Below, in pieces: positions 28,325-38,321 of a stretch of 64,000 bases of DNA. The position numbers and the translations under genes were made by a program. Each line of letters starts with the position of its first letter. Position 1 is the stretch's first letter. The stretch is taken from the IMG/VR virus record IMGVR_UViG_3300021426_000063, positions 96,001 through 160,000 of that record. One strand, written 5' to 3'. The DNA comes from a virus (lineage: Duplodnaviria; Caudoviricetes). The notes beneath the pieces are model-generated. The model saw only the letters and a list, made by a program, of their open reading frames with translations. It was not told where the DNA came from and ran no database searches.

Positions 28325-31113
28325 TGGAGATTAGGAACTTACAATTTTTTGATAGTAATGGTTACAATCTAAATTTTGATTGGAATGAAAATGGATACTG
28401 GGAAGGTAATATCTATCTTCCCAAGGTAAGTGTTGGTATCTATGCAAACACATCCATTTATATACTTGAAAAACTTGATTCTTCTTCTGTTGAAACTTAT
28501 CAGAATCAATATTTTGATGTAAGAGTAGACAGTAGTCTCTTTGATAATAAGTATTTCTTCCCTACTGGTTCTGGTAAGATAGAGTTCCATTGGGATAAGG
28601 TTAACAAATTTGTTGATGAGTTCTTTATGTTTGATTTTGATGAATCTTATGTAATGCAAGAAACATCAGCACTTGTATATACTCCTAATGATGGTCCTGA
28701 ATGTAATACTCTTATCATTAACAGGTTTGACACCTATGATATTACTCTTGATAATACTTTATCATCAAAGGCACTTCCTGTTCATATTGCCTTTATGGCA
28801 AATGAGAAGTATGATGCAACAACCTATAATAGGACTCTCATAATGTCCCATAATGGTAAAACCATTGCCAGGATAAAGTTCTATGCTGAAACAATTGAGG
28901 AAGATGAGAGATTGAAGGTCTGGAATGCCAACCTTGGTTACAATATCACTCCTGAAGATGAGATGATTTTCTATAAGAGTGACATCAAGGAGTATATGCC
29001 AAACTATGAAACCCTTAATGAGAAAAGAAAAGAATTGATGATGGAAGGTAGTAACATCTATCCTTACATTGGTTCATACAAGGCCATCATCAATGCCATA
29101 AAGTTCTTTGGTTATGACAATCTCAATATCATTGAGTATTGGAGGAATGTCAATCCAGATGATGTTAATTTTGGTAAGATTTATCACAGTTCAAAATACA
29201 GTCTCACAAAGAAGGAAACATTGACCATTGGATCCAGGAACATTACTCTTCCTAACAAGGATTATAAGAAGATTAATGCTCTTGCACTGGTGTACTCCAT
29301 CAATAAACCAACAGGTCAGATTGATGAGTTTGAACTTCCTCTTATGAAGGAACAGTTCACCTATACCATTGAAGAGGCACTCATCAAACTCTTTGCATTG
29401 AGAAAGAAACTCAATAAGGAGTTTATGCCTGGTTCAAGTAGAATCATTGACATCATTGGTGAGGGAAATTACTTTGGTCTCCAAGGTATCACAAAGGTAA
29501 AAGATGAACAACATATTGATTTCTTTGAGAAACAGAGGTATGTAGATTTCAGTGTTGAACCAAGTAAATATGCTCACATCACAGATAATGAGTATTTCAA
29601 CAGGTACATCAATACAATCAAAAACTACACTGATGGTACACCCATACCTTTGAGAGACCAGTTGTTGTCAGATATGATGGACACAAATCTTAATTCAATT
29701 AGGAATGACAGAGGATACTATGATGAAAATAATCATAGAATCCCTGAAATGATTGAACTTAAAGAGTTAAACAACAATACCAAATGTGAACTTTTCAGAA
29801 ATTATCATCAAGATGCTTTTGTTGATTACACTCTATATAAAGATATAGAAGATAATGATGACTATCCTTTTGATAATCCCGAATATCAATATACATCTGT
29901 TTATGACAGGTTCTCTGCAAAAGTCATTCTTAATAATATCTCATTTGAAGAGGTAACCTTTGATAATTGCGATTTAAAATTTGATTGTTCATATAATGTA
30001 TATGAACTTGATGATGATGGTCATATATTAAATTATGAACTTGATGATAATGGTCATGTATTAAATCGTACAACAAAAGAACATTATATAGATGGTAATA
30101 ATAATCCTATTACATTTAATAATGTTGATTTACTTCACCGTCCTGATTTAATTACTTGGAAGATAAAAATGTCTGACAACCAGGTTGATGATGATTTAAA
30201 GAAAGCTGGAATAGATAAAGAGTATACAAAATACAATCTTGATGCTTTAGAAAATCCATATAATATGAAATATACAAAGACAAGAGAATTTGTATATGGT
30301 GATTATTCTTACAACCAGTTCTTTGTTGAACTTCCTTATGTTGGATATTATGATGTTACTATGACACTCAGTTACAGTAATAAACCAGATACATATAATA
30401 TCACAAAGACAAAGACAAGATGTATCAAGGTTGAACCATATCAGATTGAACTGAAAGGATTCTACTATGATGCAAGAAAGCTTCCTACTGATTTACAGTA
30501 TGAAAACGAAGAAGGAAGTGAAATGTATAATTTCATCCATAAGAGTTTAACAAATATGATTGGTTGGGCAGTTGCAGAAAAAACAGCAGTTGACAATCCA
30601 ATAGAATACTCAATGCCAACATATTCTACTGATGGTTCTGTTATCAATCCAGGTCCATACTTTAATAACAATATCATCAATGAATGGTATCTTTCTGATA
30701 ACATCACATATGATATAGCAGAATTAAAACCTATTGTAAAATATGCAAGATATATAAAGAGTGGTGTTGATGTAAAACCTTACACTTGGTTCCTTCTTGG
30801 ATTTGATTACACAAAGATTGCAGGTAAGATAAATCCAGTATGGACTATTAAAAATAATTCAACTGGTGAAGAATCAGACTATGAAGGTTTATATTTCACA
30901 TTCTTATTAACAAGAGAAGGTAACTATACAATAACCTTAAGACTTGAAGATAAACTCGGTAACAAATATGAAGTTGTGAGGAACATAATTGTAGTTGGTA
31001 AGTCTGCCAATTATAAATTATACCAGACATTCAAGAAAGATTATGATTATGTTCAAGAACAGAATATGTTAATTGAACTCAATAAACTCAATGAATTTTA
31101 CATTAGAGATTAA
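28324..31113 (+). CDS. Large baseplate/structural protein with PKD-like segments
   Basis: 929 aa; YIGSYKAIINAIKFFGY, LPYVGYYDVTMTL, EGNYTITLRL; follows the gp6-like gene. Confidence 0.6.
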   Translation: MEIRNLQFFDSNGYNLNFDWNENGYWEGNIYLPKVSVGIYANTSIYILEKLDSSSVETYQNQYFDVRVDSSLFDNKYFFPTGSGKIEFHWDKVNKFVDEFFMFDFDESYVMQETSALVYTPNDGPECNTLIINRFDTYDITLDNTLSSKALPVHIAFMANEKYDATTYNRTLIMSHNGKTIARIKFYAETIEEDERLKVWNANLGYNITPEDEMIFYKSDIKEYMPNYETLNEKRKELMMEGSNIYPYIGSYKAIINAIKFFGYDNLNIIEYWRNVNPDDVNFGKIYHSSKYSLTKKETLTIGSRNITLPNKDYKKINALALVYSINKPTGQIDEFELPLMKEQFTYTIEEALIKLFALRKKLNKEFMPGSSRIIDIIGEGNYFGLQGITKVKDEQHIDFFEKQRYVDFSVEPSKYAHITDNEYFNRYINTIKNYTDGTPIPLRDQLLSDMMDTNLNSIRNDRGYYDENNHRIPEMIELKELNNNTKCELFRNYHQDAFVDYTLYKDIEDNDDYPFDNPEYQYTSVYDRFSAKVILNNISFEEVTFDNCDLKFDCSYNVYELDDDGHILNYELDDNGHVLNRTTKEHYIDGNNNPITFNNVDLLHRPDLITWKIKMSDNQVDDDLKKAGIDKEYTKYNLDALENPYNMKYTKTREFVYGDYSYNQFFVELPYVGYYDVTMTLSYSNKPDTYNITKTKTRCIKVEPYQIELKGFYYDARKLPTDLQYENEEGSEMYNFIHKSLTNMIGWAVAEKTAVDNPIEYSMPTYSTDGSVINPGPYFNNNIINEWYLSDNITYDIAELKPIVKYARYIKSGVDVKPYTWFLLGFDYTKIAGKINPVWTIKNNSTGEESDYEGLYFTFLLTREGNYTITLRLEDKLGNKYEVVRNIIVVGKSANYKLYQTFKKDYDYVQEQNMLIELNKLNEFYIRD
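30001..30066 (+). repeat. 33-bp in-frame tandem duplication
   Basis: Encodes YELDDDGHILN / YELDDNGHVLN. Confidence 0.85.
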
Positions 31114-31155
31114 AAACTTCATAAATATATTTATACATTTGTAAAACATTTAATT

Positions 31156-32121
31156 ATGAAAAAAGATGAAAAGACTGTCATTGATCCTGTTGTAGATACT
31201 ACAATAGATAACAATGATAATGTTGTTGTTGATTCAACACAAGATGAAAATCCTGACTCTGTAGTAGTTGATAATAACACAGAACCTGATCCAGAGTCTG
31301 TAACTGAACCAGTGGTAGAACCAGAACCAGCAGTTGACCCTGTGGTTGATACACCTGTTGAAGAACCAACACTTGCACCTACTGATGATATTATCCCTGC
31401 ACCTGTTGATGTTACTGGTGAAAAACCCGTGGTTGACCCAGTAGTTGCTGATGAACCTGTGGTTGACCCTGTCATTCCAGAAGACCCAGCAGCATTGGCA
31501 CCAGCAGAACCTGTTGTTGATGCACCTGTTGAAGAACCAATTGTTGGTCCTGGTCCAGAAGCAGTACCTTGTGATGGATGTGCTGGTGTAGAACCATCTC
31601 CTTGTGAATCACCTGTAACTGTTGCCAACTTCTTTGGTACACTCCAAGAGTGTGTAACCATTGTTTGGAGATATCATCTCAAAACAAGAAAGCATCATGT
31701 ACATGTTGACCTAAATGATTTCTATCAGGGTGCTCTTTACAGGGTTGATAATATCATTGAACAATACCAGGGTATTGTTGGTATCATTGAAGATCCATTC
31801 ACCAACTGTATTGTAGGTGAAGGTAAAGATGAGATTACTTATCTCCAGGAACTCAAGAACTTTATTGAAACCAATAAGTGTGTTCTTGGTGAGCACAGTG
31901 AAATCAATTCATCAATTGATGACTTCCTTGGTCTCATTGATTCAACACTCTACAAACTCACTTCATTCTGTGAGCATGCAGTAAAATCATTTGATGAATT
32001 CTGTTATGAAGATTTCAATATGAATGAATCTTGCTGCCACAAAATTCCAAAATTCTCAAAAGGACCAGAAGAAGATGAGTATGGTAAAGAGGAAGATGAT
32101 GAACCAGCAGAAGAAGAATAA
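31156..32121 (+). CDS. Pro/Val/Asp-rich N-terminus fused to ferritin/Dps-like (DUF5856-like) domain
   Basis: Repeated (E/D)PVV(D/E); HLKTRKHHVH..LNDFY......DNIIEQYQG...IDSTLYKL; late promoter 31119-31127. Confidence 0.6.
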   Translation: MKKDEKTVIDPVVDTTIDNNDNVVVDSTQDENPDSVVVDNNTEPDPESVTEPVVEPEPAVDPVVDTPVEEPTLAPTDDIIPAPVDVTGEKPVVDPVVADEPVVDPVIPEDPAALAPAEPVVDAPVEEPIVGPGPEAVPCDGCAGVEPSPCESPVTVANFFGTLQECVTIVWRYHLKTRKHHVHVDLNDFYQGALYRVDNIIEQYQGIVGIIEDPFTNCIVGEGKDEITYLQELKNFIETNKCVLGEHSEINSSIDDFLGLIDSTLYKLTSFCEHAVKSFDEFCYEDFNMNESCCHKIPKFSKGPEEDEYGKEEDDEPAEEE

Positions 32122-32126
32122 AAAGA

Positions 32127-32157
32127 AAAGAGAGAACATTTAAGTTCTCTCTTTTTT
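32127..32157. terminator. Bidirectional terminator
   Basis: aaaagagagaac-atttaa-gttctctctttt between convergent genes. Confidence 0.7.
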
Positions 32158-32728
32158 ATACTCTTGCTGGTTCTAATACCACATTAACTTTATTGGCTCT
32201 CCAAGTAGTTGTTATAATCTTCTGGTCAACCTCATTAGAACTGAAATCAAATTCAAGACCACTCACACCGGTAAAAAGAAGATCATCAAATGAAATCCTA
32301 TATAATGACCTGTTGTAACAATCCAAAATTTCCATACCTGGAACAGCAGGGATATACTTTGGATCTGGTTCTGCACAATAATAGTACATAAAAATTTCAG
32401 TCAGGATTGCCCAAATGATATATGCTGAATCCAATTGGAAGGTGATGATCATTGACTTCTTCCACAAGAAGTCTGGGAACATATCTGACCTATGTAACCT
32501 ACCATAAGGTGTTCCTCTATCAACCTGTTCAATTGGTTCATACTCTGCTGGATTAACTTCAAGTTCAACACTCTTTATACTGTAATTAAGGAAATCAACA
32601 ACAGTAGTACACATATTTCCAGGTATCCTGTTAAGAATTGGAGAATACTTTTCCTCTATCTCCTTTGGTACAAATACCTTCGGGAAATCAAACCTGAAAT
32701 TATTATTTTTACCACTTAAAAAAGCCAT
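32156..32728 (-). CDS. Tail tube-like protein
   Basis: Start MAFLSGKNNNFRF; ...ITFQLDS.Y..W...LDC....YRISF..L.FTGVSGLEFD resembles the gp19/gp3 tube fold; late promoter 32752-32760. Confidence 0.55.
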   Translation of the reverse strand: MAFLSGKNNNFRFDFPKVFVPKEIEEKYSPILNRIPGNMCTTVVDFLNYSIKSVELEVNPAEYEPIEQVDRGTPYGRLHRSDMFPDFLWKKSMIITFQLDSAYIIWAILTEIFMYYYCAEPDPKYIPAVPGMEILDCYNRSLYRISFDDLLFTGVSGLEFDFSSNEVDQKIITTTWRANKVNVVLEPARV

Positions 32729-32813
32729 ACAATACTTAATGTATATATAAGTATTTATGAAGAAAGTGGTCATTCTATAAAGAACAACCACTTTTAAAAT
32801 AGCAAATCTCTGA

Positions 32814-33983
32814 TTAAGCAATCTTCAATCTTACAGTTTTCTTCACAGTATCAACACTTTCTACTGGAAGTTCAACTTCCTGACCAACTGTAAGTTTGTC
32901 AAGTTCAACAACTTTTGAAGATAAGAAGAATGTGATTCCATTGAATTCCTCTGAAAGGATAACAACACCATTATCAAAGAGGTTCTTAACAACACCCTTC
33001 AACTTGTATTCTGGTGTCTTGTCGATTGTCTCCTTCAACTTATCCCAACCTTCAGTCTTACTTACAGTCTGGGTGATGATTACCTTCTCATCATTGATAC
33101 TGTCAATGTAGAAGTCAATAGAATCACCAACCTTCAACTGACCAGCCTTGAACTTGGCCTCTGTCACCTCATTCATTTCAGATACTGAAAGTAAGGTAGC
33201 AACACATTCATCAATTAGGATGAATACACCAAAATTCTTGATTGATGAAATAGCACCAGTAACAACAGCACCTTTTTCAAGATCATAAAGTCTATCAAGT
33301 ACACTTGGTTTCTTTGTATTGAGATATTCCTTATGAGAAACAATGATACTGTCTTTAATCTGATTAACAGGCATCACGAACAGTTCCTTACCAAGGAGTT
33401 CCTTAAAGTCATTAAGAGGAACAACATCTGATTCAGTACCAGGCATAAAGCATCTTACACCCTTAATGTCAACAATGAAACCATTGAACACATTTGAACT
33501 GTTATATACAATCTCTTTTACAACACCAAGATATGCTGATGTTGGTGTCTGTATTTCCTTAACAAGTTCCTGTCTCAATCTCTCCAACTGTGCAGTCTTT
33601 GAAGAAGCATCAGCAGTAAGATGACCCCTTGCTTTTGTCACAACAACATCAATCTTGTCACCAACATTGACCTTCTCATCTGAATTGATTTCAACAGCAA
33701 CAGAGTGTTTCTGTGAAAGAGCAATGTCAGCTGTTGCTTTATTCTCATCATACCTTGTAATGTTACCCTCTCTGACATCCTTGAACTTACCAAGTTGTTC
33801 ATATTCAACAATAGCATCAAGGATTTCATCAGAACAATACCTTGCATACATCTTCATTGCATCAACCACATATGGTTCATGAGACATAATCTTGTCACCA
33901 TGATGTACAGGTACTTCTACAATTTTGGAATTCAGAGGATCTGATTCAGAAAAGATTTCAACTTTTTGAGTTAAAATACCCAT
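32814..33983 (-). CDS. Ribosomal protein S1-like multi-S1-domain protein
   Basis: Repeated S1 motifs: GFIVDIKGVRCFMPG, VTGAISSIKNFGVFI...LLSVSEM...LKVGD, GVVKNLFDNGVV...LTVGQEV; late promoter 34032-34040. Confidence 0.8.
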   Translation of the reverse strand: MGILTQKVEIFSESDPLNSKIVEVPVHHGDKIMSHEPYVVDAMKMYARYCSDEILDAIVEYEQLGKFKDVREGNITRYDENKATADIALSQKHSVAVEINSDEKVNVGDKIDVVVTKARGHLTADASSKTAQLERLRQELVKEIQTPTSAYLGVVKEIVYNSSNVFNGFIVDIKGVRCFMPGTESDVVPLNDFKELLGKELFVMPVNQIKDSIIVSHKEYLNTKKPSVLDRLYDLEKGAVVTGAISSIKNFGVFILIDECVATLLSVSEMNEVTEAKFKAGQLKVGDSIDFYIDSINDEKVIITQTVSKTEGWDKLKETIDKTPEYKLKGVVKNLFDNGVVILSEEFNGITFFLSSKVVELDKLTVGQEVELPVESVDTVKKTVRLKIA

Positions 33984-34043
33984 TTATTTAATTTTTAAAT
34001 GTTCCAGAACGGAACGGTTAAACATACAATGTATTTATGAAAA

Positions 34044-34871
34044 TTACTCTGCAACTTCTGGTGCTACTTCTTCCTGAGTTGATACCTGATGTTCTTCCTC
34101 TGGAATATCATTCTCACTGCGGTTGAACTCTTCCTCAACATTATTGAGGTCTGTACCAATCTGACGGGTTGCTGCATTGTCCTTCTGAATCTGACGGACT
34201 GCATCAGAAACTGACTGACCACAGTTGGCCCAGCACTCAAGGAAGGTTCTTGCCTCAAAGAATCCCTTACCATTGAAGTCCTCCATAATACATCTCCAAA
34301 GACTCAATACGCTTGCGGAACGAAGGATGATGACATTATCAAACTCCTTGGAGTTGACCCATGCCTTGTTCTCCTCCATATTACGAACAAGAACCATAAG
34401 ATTCACAGCACTCTTTGCAGTGAAGGATACATTATGGTTGAGATATTCAAGAAGCTGCTTAAACACCTTCTTACCCTTTGAAGGGTCAATAGGTTCATCT
34501 TCTTTTTCAGGTTTTGGTGCCATCTCAATATGATACTCCTTAACCGTATCATTCCTATAAGCATCCTCAAACTTCTTTGCCAATGCATCAAGAATTGGTT
34601 TGAGTTCTGACTGTTTATAAGAGAGTTCAGCAATCTTCTTTTCAGTTTCTTCAATCCTTGAATTGGTTGAATCAACATGACCCTTCTGGAGTTCATACTC
34701 ATTTGAACCTACACCAAAAACAGTCTCGGCATTTGCCAAGTCCTTCTGGTGTGCAACCAACTCTTCTTTAAGAGATACCAGTTCACCACGCTGTTTCTGT
34801 AACTCATTTACTCTTTCTACTGCTTCAGCAATCTGCTCATCAGTAATTACATTTTTTACTTCTTCTGCCAT
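34044..34871 (-). CDS. Hypothetical coiled-coil protein
   Basis: 275-aa ORF; middle-type motif near 34906-34916. Confidence 0.65.
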   Translation of the reverse strand: MAEEVKNVITDEQIAEAVERVNELQKQRGELVSLKEELVAHQKDLANAETVFGVGSNEYELQKGHVDSTNSRIEETEKKIAELSYKQSELKPILDALAKKFEDAYRNDTVKEYHIEMAPKPEKEDEPIDPSKGKKVFKQLLEYLNHNVSFTAKSAVNLMVLVRNMEENKAWVNSKEFDNVIILRSASVLSLWRCIMEDFNGKGFFEARTFLECWANCGQSVSDAVRQIQKDNAATRQIGTDLNNVEEEFNRSENDIPEEEHQVSTQEEVAPEVAE

Positions 34872-34917
34872 TTTATTATTATTAAATGTTAAAAAACTTT
34901 CTATAAAAATAACAAAT

Positions 34918-35148
34918 TTATAAAGATTTTATTAAAGACTCTTTATCACTAAATAATTGTTCATTTTCACAAGATACTTCTCTTCCACAAATAAGAACAT
35001 AATACCTTTCAACAGTAACTATTTCTTCATAATTAAGGTTACTTATGAACTGTGCATAATAGATGGAATTTATCTCACTACTTACTACTTGGTTGTCATA
35101 CATCAACCAAACTACATCACCAATATTTCTATTTAATTTTATCTTCAT
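34918..35148 (-). CDS. Small hypothetical protein (paralog of 35150-35356)
   Basis: NIGDVVW...LFSDKESLIKSL. Confidence 0.65.
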   Translation of the reverse strand: MKIKLNRNIGDVVWLMYDNQVVSSEINSIYYAQFISNLNYEEIVTVERYYVLICGREVSCENEQLFSDKESLIKSL

Positions 35149-35149
35149 A

Positions 35150-35356
35150 TTATAATGATTTTAATAGTTCTTCTTTTGATGCAAACAACTTACTCTCATC
35201 AACATTATCATCCATATGATTGAGTTGATAAGTTACCTTTACATTATGGGTATTATCTACATTAATCTTATACATTGTGACAAGTTTCTGAACTACCTTA
35301 TTACCAGAAACAACCCATACAGTATCATTAAGATTGTATTTTGTTGAAATTTCCAT
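35150..35356 (-). CDS. Small hypothetical protein
   Basis: TKYNLNDTVW...LFASKEELLKSL. Confidence 0.65.
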   Translation of the reverse strand: MEISTKYNLNDTVWVVSGNKVVQKLVTMYKINVDNTHNVKVTYQLNHMDDNVDESKLFASKEELLKSL

Positions 35357-35358
35357 AA

Positions 35359-35826
35359 TTAAAATAATGATTTTTCAGTTTCACTTTCTTTATTTGTATT
35401 CTTATCAACCAAGACCTTTTCCTTATTATTGAAGAAATTGGATTTGATAAGTTTAAGTGCATTATCCAATTCAGTCTTATTGATCGCATATGCTTCCTCA
35501 ACCTCCCGGATACCACACTCATTTATTTCCATATACTTGTTAAGAACATCATCTTCATAATATGTCCTGATTGTTTCCTTCTTCTTTTTCTGGTCAATCC
35601 TGGTTTTCAAGAAATTAGGAAGACCATTGAACCTCATTGCCAACATAGCAATAATCTCAGCATCCACCAATGGATCACTGTCAAGTCTATTGACAAGTTC
35701 ACACTGGACAGGAAACTGAGCACTGAAAAGTCTTCTTAACATATAAGAATACTTCCTCTTGTCTTCCTTTGATACTGCACCAGAATTACGATTACAATAG
35801 CAGTTCAGTACTTCATAAAGTTCCAT
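35359..35826 (-). CDS. Hypothetical protein
   Basis: 155-aa ORF in an apparent operon with the exonuclease gene. Confidence 0.6.
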   Translation of the reverse strand: MELYEVLNCYCNRNSGAVSKEDKRKYSYMLRRLFSAQFPVQCELVNRLDSDPLVDAEIIAMLAMRFNGLPNFLKTRIDQKKKKETIRTYYEDDVLNKYMEINECGIREVEEAYAINKTELDNALKLIKSNFFNNKEKVLVDKNTNKESETEKSLF

Positions 35827-35830
35827 GATC

Positions 35831-37015
35831 TTAACCTTTAATAAAACTCATATCTCCATCATCCTTGACACCCTTCATCACATTACTCCTCATCTGGATA
35901 CTGGATTTGTAATCCTTGAACCTTGACTTGGAGAATAAGGTCTCCTTTGTAATCTTTGAAAGAATGGCGGGATTCTTTACACTTTCAATCTCAATATCAG
36001 TTCCCATATTGGTGATCACATCTTCCGGGATACTCTCACTGGTCAATGACACCAGGGAAGTATTGGTCTTTATGTTCTCAAACAACATCCTCCTGGTGAA
36101 CTCCTCATCATTTATCTTGGCAACATCATAGATGACATTACACAACATCTTGACGGTGTCTTCCTGACCATAGATATGATAATCAAACTCACATCCAAGT
36201 TTCTCCTTGAACTGATTATAAATCTTCTCAACAGTCTTCTCTCCAAGACCCTTTGCTCTTGTACTCTCTGTTGCTGCTTTATAATACACAGGGAAAATAT
36301 TGTCAGAGGTATCACCACCAACAATCTTCATAAACCTCACCTTTTCAGGATCCACCACTTCAACATCCATTCCTTCAATGAACCTTTCAAAAGGATCATT
36401 TTCAATGGAGATGGTGAAGTACTCATTAAAGAGATTCTCCTGGGTCACTTGACGGTTACTCAATTTCTTTATCTCCCTGTCCGATGCTTCTGACACCCAC
36501 AGTTTATTCTTCACAGGACCATACTGGATGATGTGTACACCATCTACACACTTCACCAGTTGGTTAAGGTCTCTATCCGTAGACAGTATCAGACTTGACT
36601 TACCCTCATTGAAAAGATAATCACTCCAGGCATAAATCAAATCATCACCCTCACTTCTTTCAACCTGACTTACCTTGACACCAATAGTTCTCAATGTATT
36701 TGCAAAATTACTGATGACAGTATTGAATCCATTCTTATCTATATCTTCCTGGACTTTCTTCCTGTTACCCTTGTATTCCTGTTGAAGGAGTAGATCCTTT
36801 CTCCAAGAATGACTGTCCATAATAAACACAACATCATTGATGACTGGATTCACCTGTTTGATAACAGCACAGAAATCAACCATCAACTTCTTTTCAAAGG
36901 TATCCATATCCTTCTGGGTAGACAAAATCTTTGATTTACCTCCCTGACGGAAAGTAGACCAAAGACTTCTGAAGAAGAAATTATGTCCATCTACAATTAA
37001 TGTAAACCTTTTCAT
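35831..37015 (-). CDS. 5'-3' exonuclease / T4 RNase H-like (FEN1 family)
   Basis: LIVDGHN, SWRK...YKGNRK, EGDDLI, STDRDLNQL, GGDTSDNI; promoter 37022-37032. Confidence 0.9.
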   Translation of the reverse strand: MKRFTLIVDGHNFFFRSLWSTFRQGGKSKILSTQKDMDTFEKKLMVDFCAVIKQVNPVINDVVFIMDSHSWRKDLLLQQEYKGNRKKVQEDIDKNGFNTVISNFANTLRTIGVKVSQVERSEGDDLIYAWSDYLFNEGKSSLILSTDRDLNQLVKCVDGVHIIQYGPVKNKLWVSEASDREIKKLSNRQVTQENLFNEYFTISIENDPFERFIEGMDVEVVDPEKVRFMKIVGGDTSDNIFPVYYKAATESTRAKGLGEKTVEKIYNQFKEKLGCEFDYHIYGQEDTVKMLCNVIYDVAKINDEEFTRRMLFENIKTNTSLVSLTSESIPEDVITNMGTDIEIESVKNPAILSKITKETLFSKSRFKDYKSSIQMRSNVMKGVKDDGDMSFIKG

Positions 37016-37033
37016 ATATTAAATATAACAAAA

Positions 37034-37726
37034 TTATTCACTGTAATTAGTTATCATTCTTACATCCGGCTTCTGTTCAATAACCATTTGAGGGAATGAC
37101 ATAAAGTAATCGCAAATATTCTTATCAAGTTGCATAAGATTATCTTTGTTGTTTCCAATGAACATATTCATAAAACTTACATAATCATCAAAATGGAATT
37201 TCATAAGGAACTTCCTGTTCAAATAAGAATTTGGAATGAGTTCATTAACCATAAAAATCTTGTTCACCATATCAATAATTACTTGTGAAAACATATCTGA
37301 AAGATTCATCTCAATTGCTTCCAACTTATAAATGTATCTCTTGGTAACCTTTTTCCTCTTTATCAGATTCTCATATGCATCATCTATCTCTTTATCATTA
37401 GTAAAAATGAAATTGATGTATTTCAATTTAGGAAACATCTTCAATGATCCAATCATAACACCAATAACATCCTTATTGACATCAACATCAAGACCCTCCT
37501 GGAAAGTAGATGCAAATAAAAATGCATTCAAGGCATCAATTGCCGGCACTTCCTTCCATTCATTCTCTCCTCTCTTATAATATGCAAGCATCATATTAAA
37601 AGTCTCTTTTAAGTAATTAACACAAATATCACTCAAAGGACAATACAAGGTAATTGTGTGTACCTGGTTTATCCTCGACATCATATCCGTCTTATCCCCT
37701 TTTGTGTAAAACTCCATATCACTCAT
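37034..37726 (-). CDS. Hypothetical protein
   Basis: 230-aa ORF. Confidence 0.6.
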   Translation of the reverse strand: MSDMEFYTKGDKTDMMSRINQVHTITLYCPLSDICVNYLKETFNMMLAYYKRGENEWKEVPAIDALNAFLFASTFQEGLDVDVNKDVIGVMIGSLKMFPKLKYINFIFTNDKEIDDAYENLIKRKKVTKRYIYKLEAIEMNLSDMFSQVIIDMVNKIFMVNELIPNSYLNRKFLMKFHFDDYVSFMNMFIGNNKDNLMQLDKNICDYFMSFPQMVIEQKPDVRMITNYSE

Positions 37727-37764
37727 AAATATATATAATTATCTTTTGTAAAAATAACAAAATT

Positions 37765-38256
37765 ATGGCAGGAATCAAAGACCTGAAACCAAAAAGAGGT
37801 GGACAATTCAAACAAGGATACTATGATCCAGTCTATCCTCAAAAATACAAGACTAATACCAAGCAGATTATTTATCGTTCTTCCTGGGAGTACAAACTAT
37901 GTAAATGGTTTGATTTAACCCCAGAGGTATTAGAGTGGGCTTCTGAACCTGTATCCATAAAATATTTCTACACTCTGGACAACAGGATGCATACTTATTA
38001 TCCAGATTTCTATTTTGCATATCAAAAACCTGATGGTAGAATAGTCAAATACATTGTAGAAGTAAAACCAACAACACAACTTCAAAAACCTGAAGAACCA
38101 AAGAGAAAAACAACCAATGCAATCAAGAACTACAATTACTTGATGGAAGCATACATAAAGAATACTTGTAAGAGGCAGTATGCCAAGAAGTGGTGTTCTG
38201 AGAATGGTTATATTTTTGTTTATGTAACAGAAAAGTCAAACTTGAATTTTATTTGA
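37765..38256 (+). CDS. Head completion nuclease (T4 gp4 / TnsA-like)
   Basis: QGYY.P..P.KY...IIYRSSWE...WASEP..I.Y......H.YYPDF...VEVKP...VTE. Confidence 0.85.
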   Translation: MAGIKDLKPKRGGQFKQGYYDPVYPQKYKTNTKQIIYRSSWEYKLCKWFDLTPEVLEWASEPVSIKYFYTLDNRMHTYYPDFYFAYQKPDGRIVKYIVEVKPTTQLQKPEEPKRKTTNAIKNYNYLMEAYIKNTCKRQYAKKWCSENGYIFVYVTEKSNLNFI

Positions 38257-38321
38257 TTATTTATTTATAATATACAAACGGGCCATTTCTCATAAATATA
38301 ATACATAAGATAATTATCTCT

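Noticed and set aside
31131-31661. Antisense and overlapping ORFs from the ORF track (e.g. 31131-31661, 38834-39499, 48716-49309)
   Set aside because: They are shadows of real genes on the opposite strand or frame, with low-complexity composition and no promoters.
37765-38256. Tn7 TnsA transposase
   Set aside because: No tnsB/C genes or transposon ends; late structural context fits T4 gp4.
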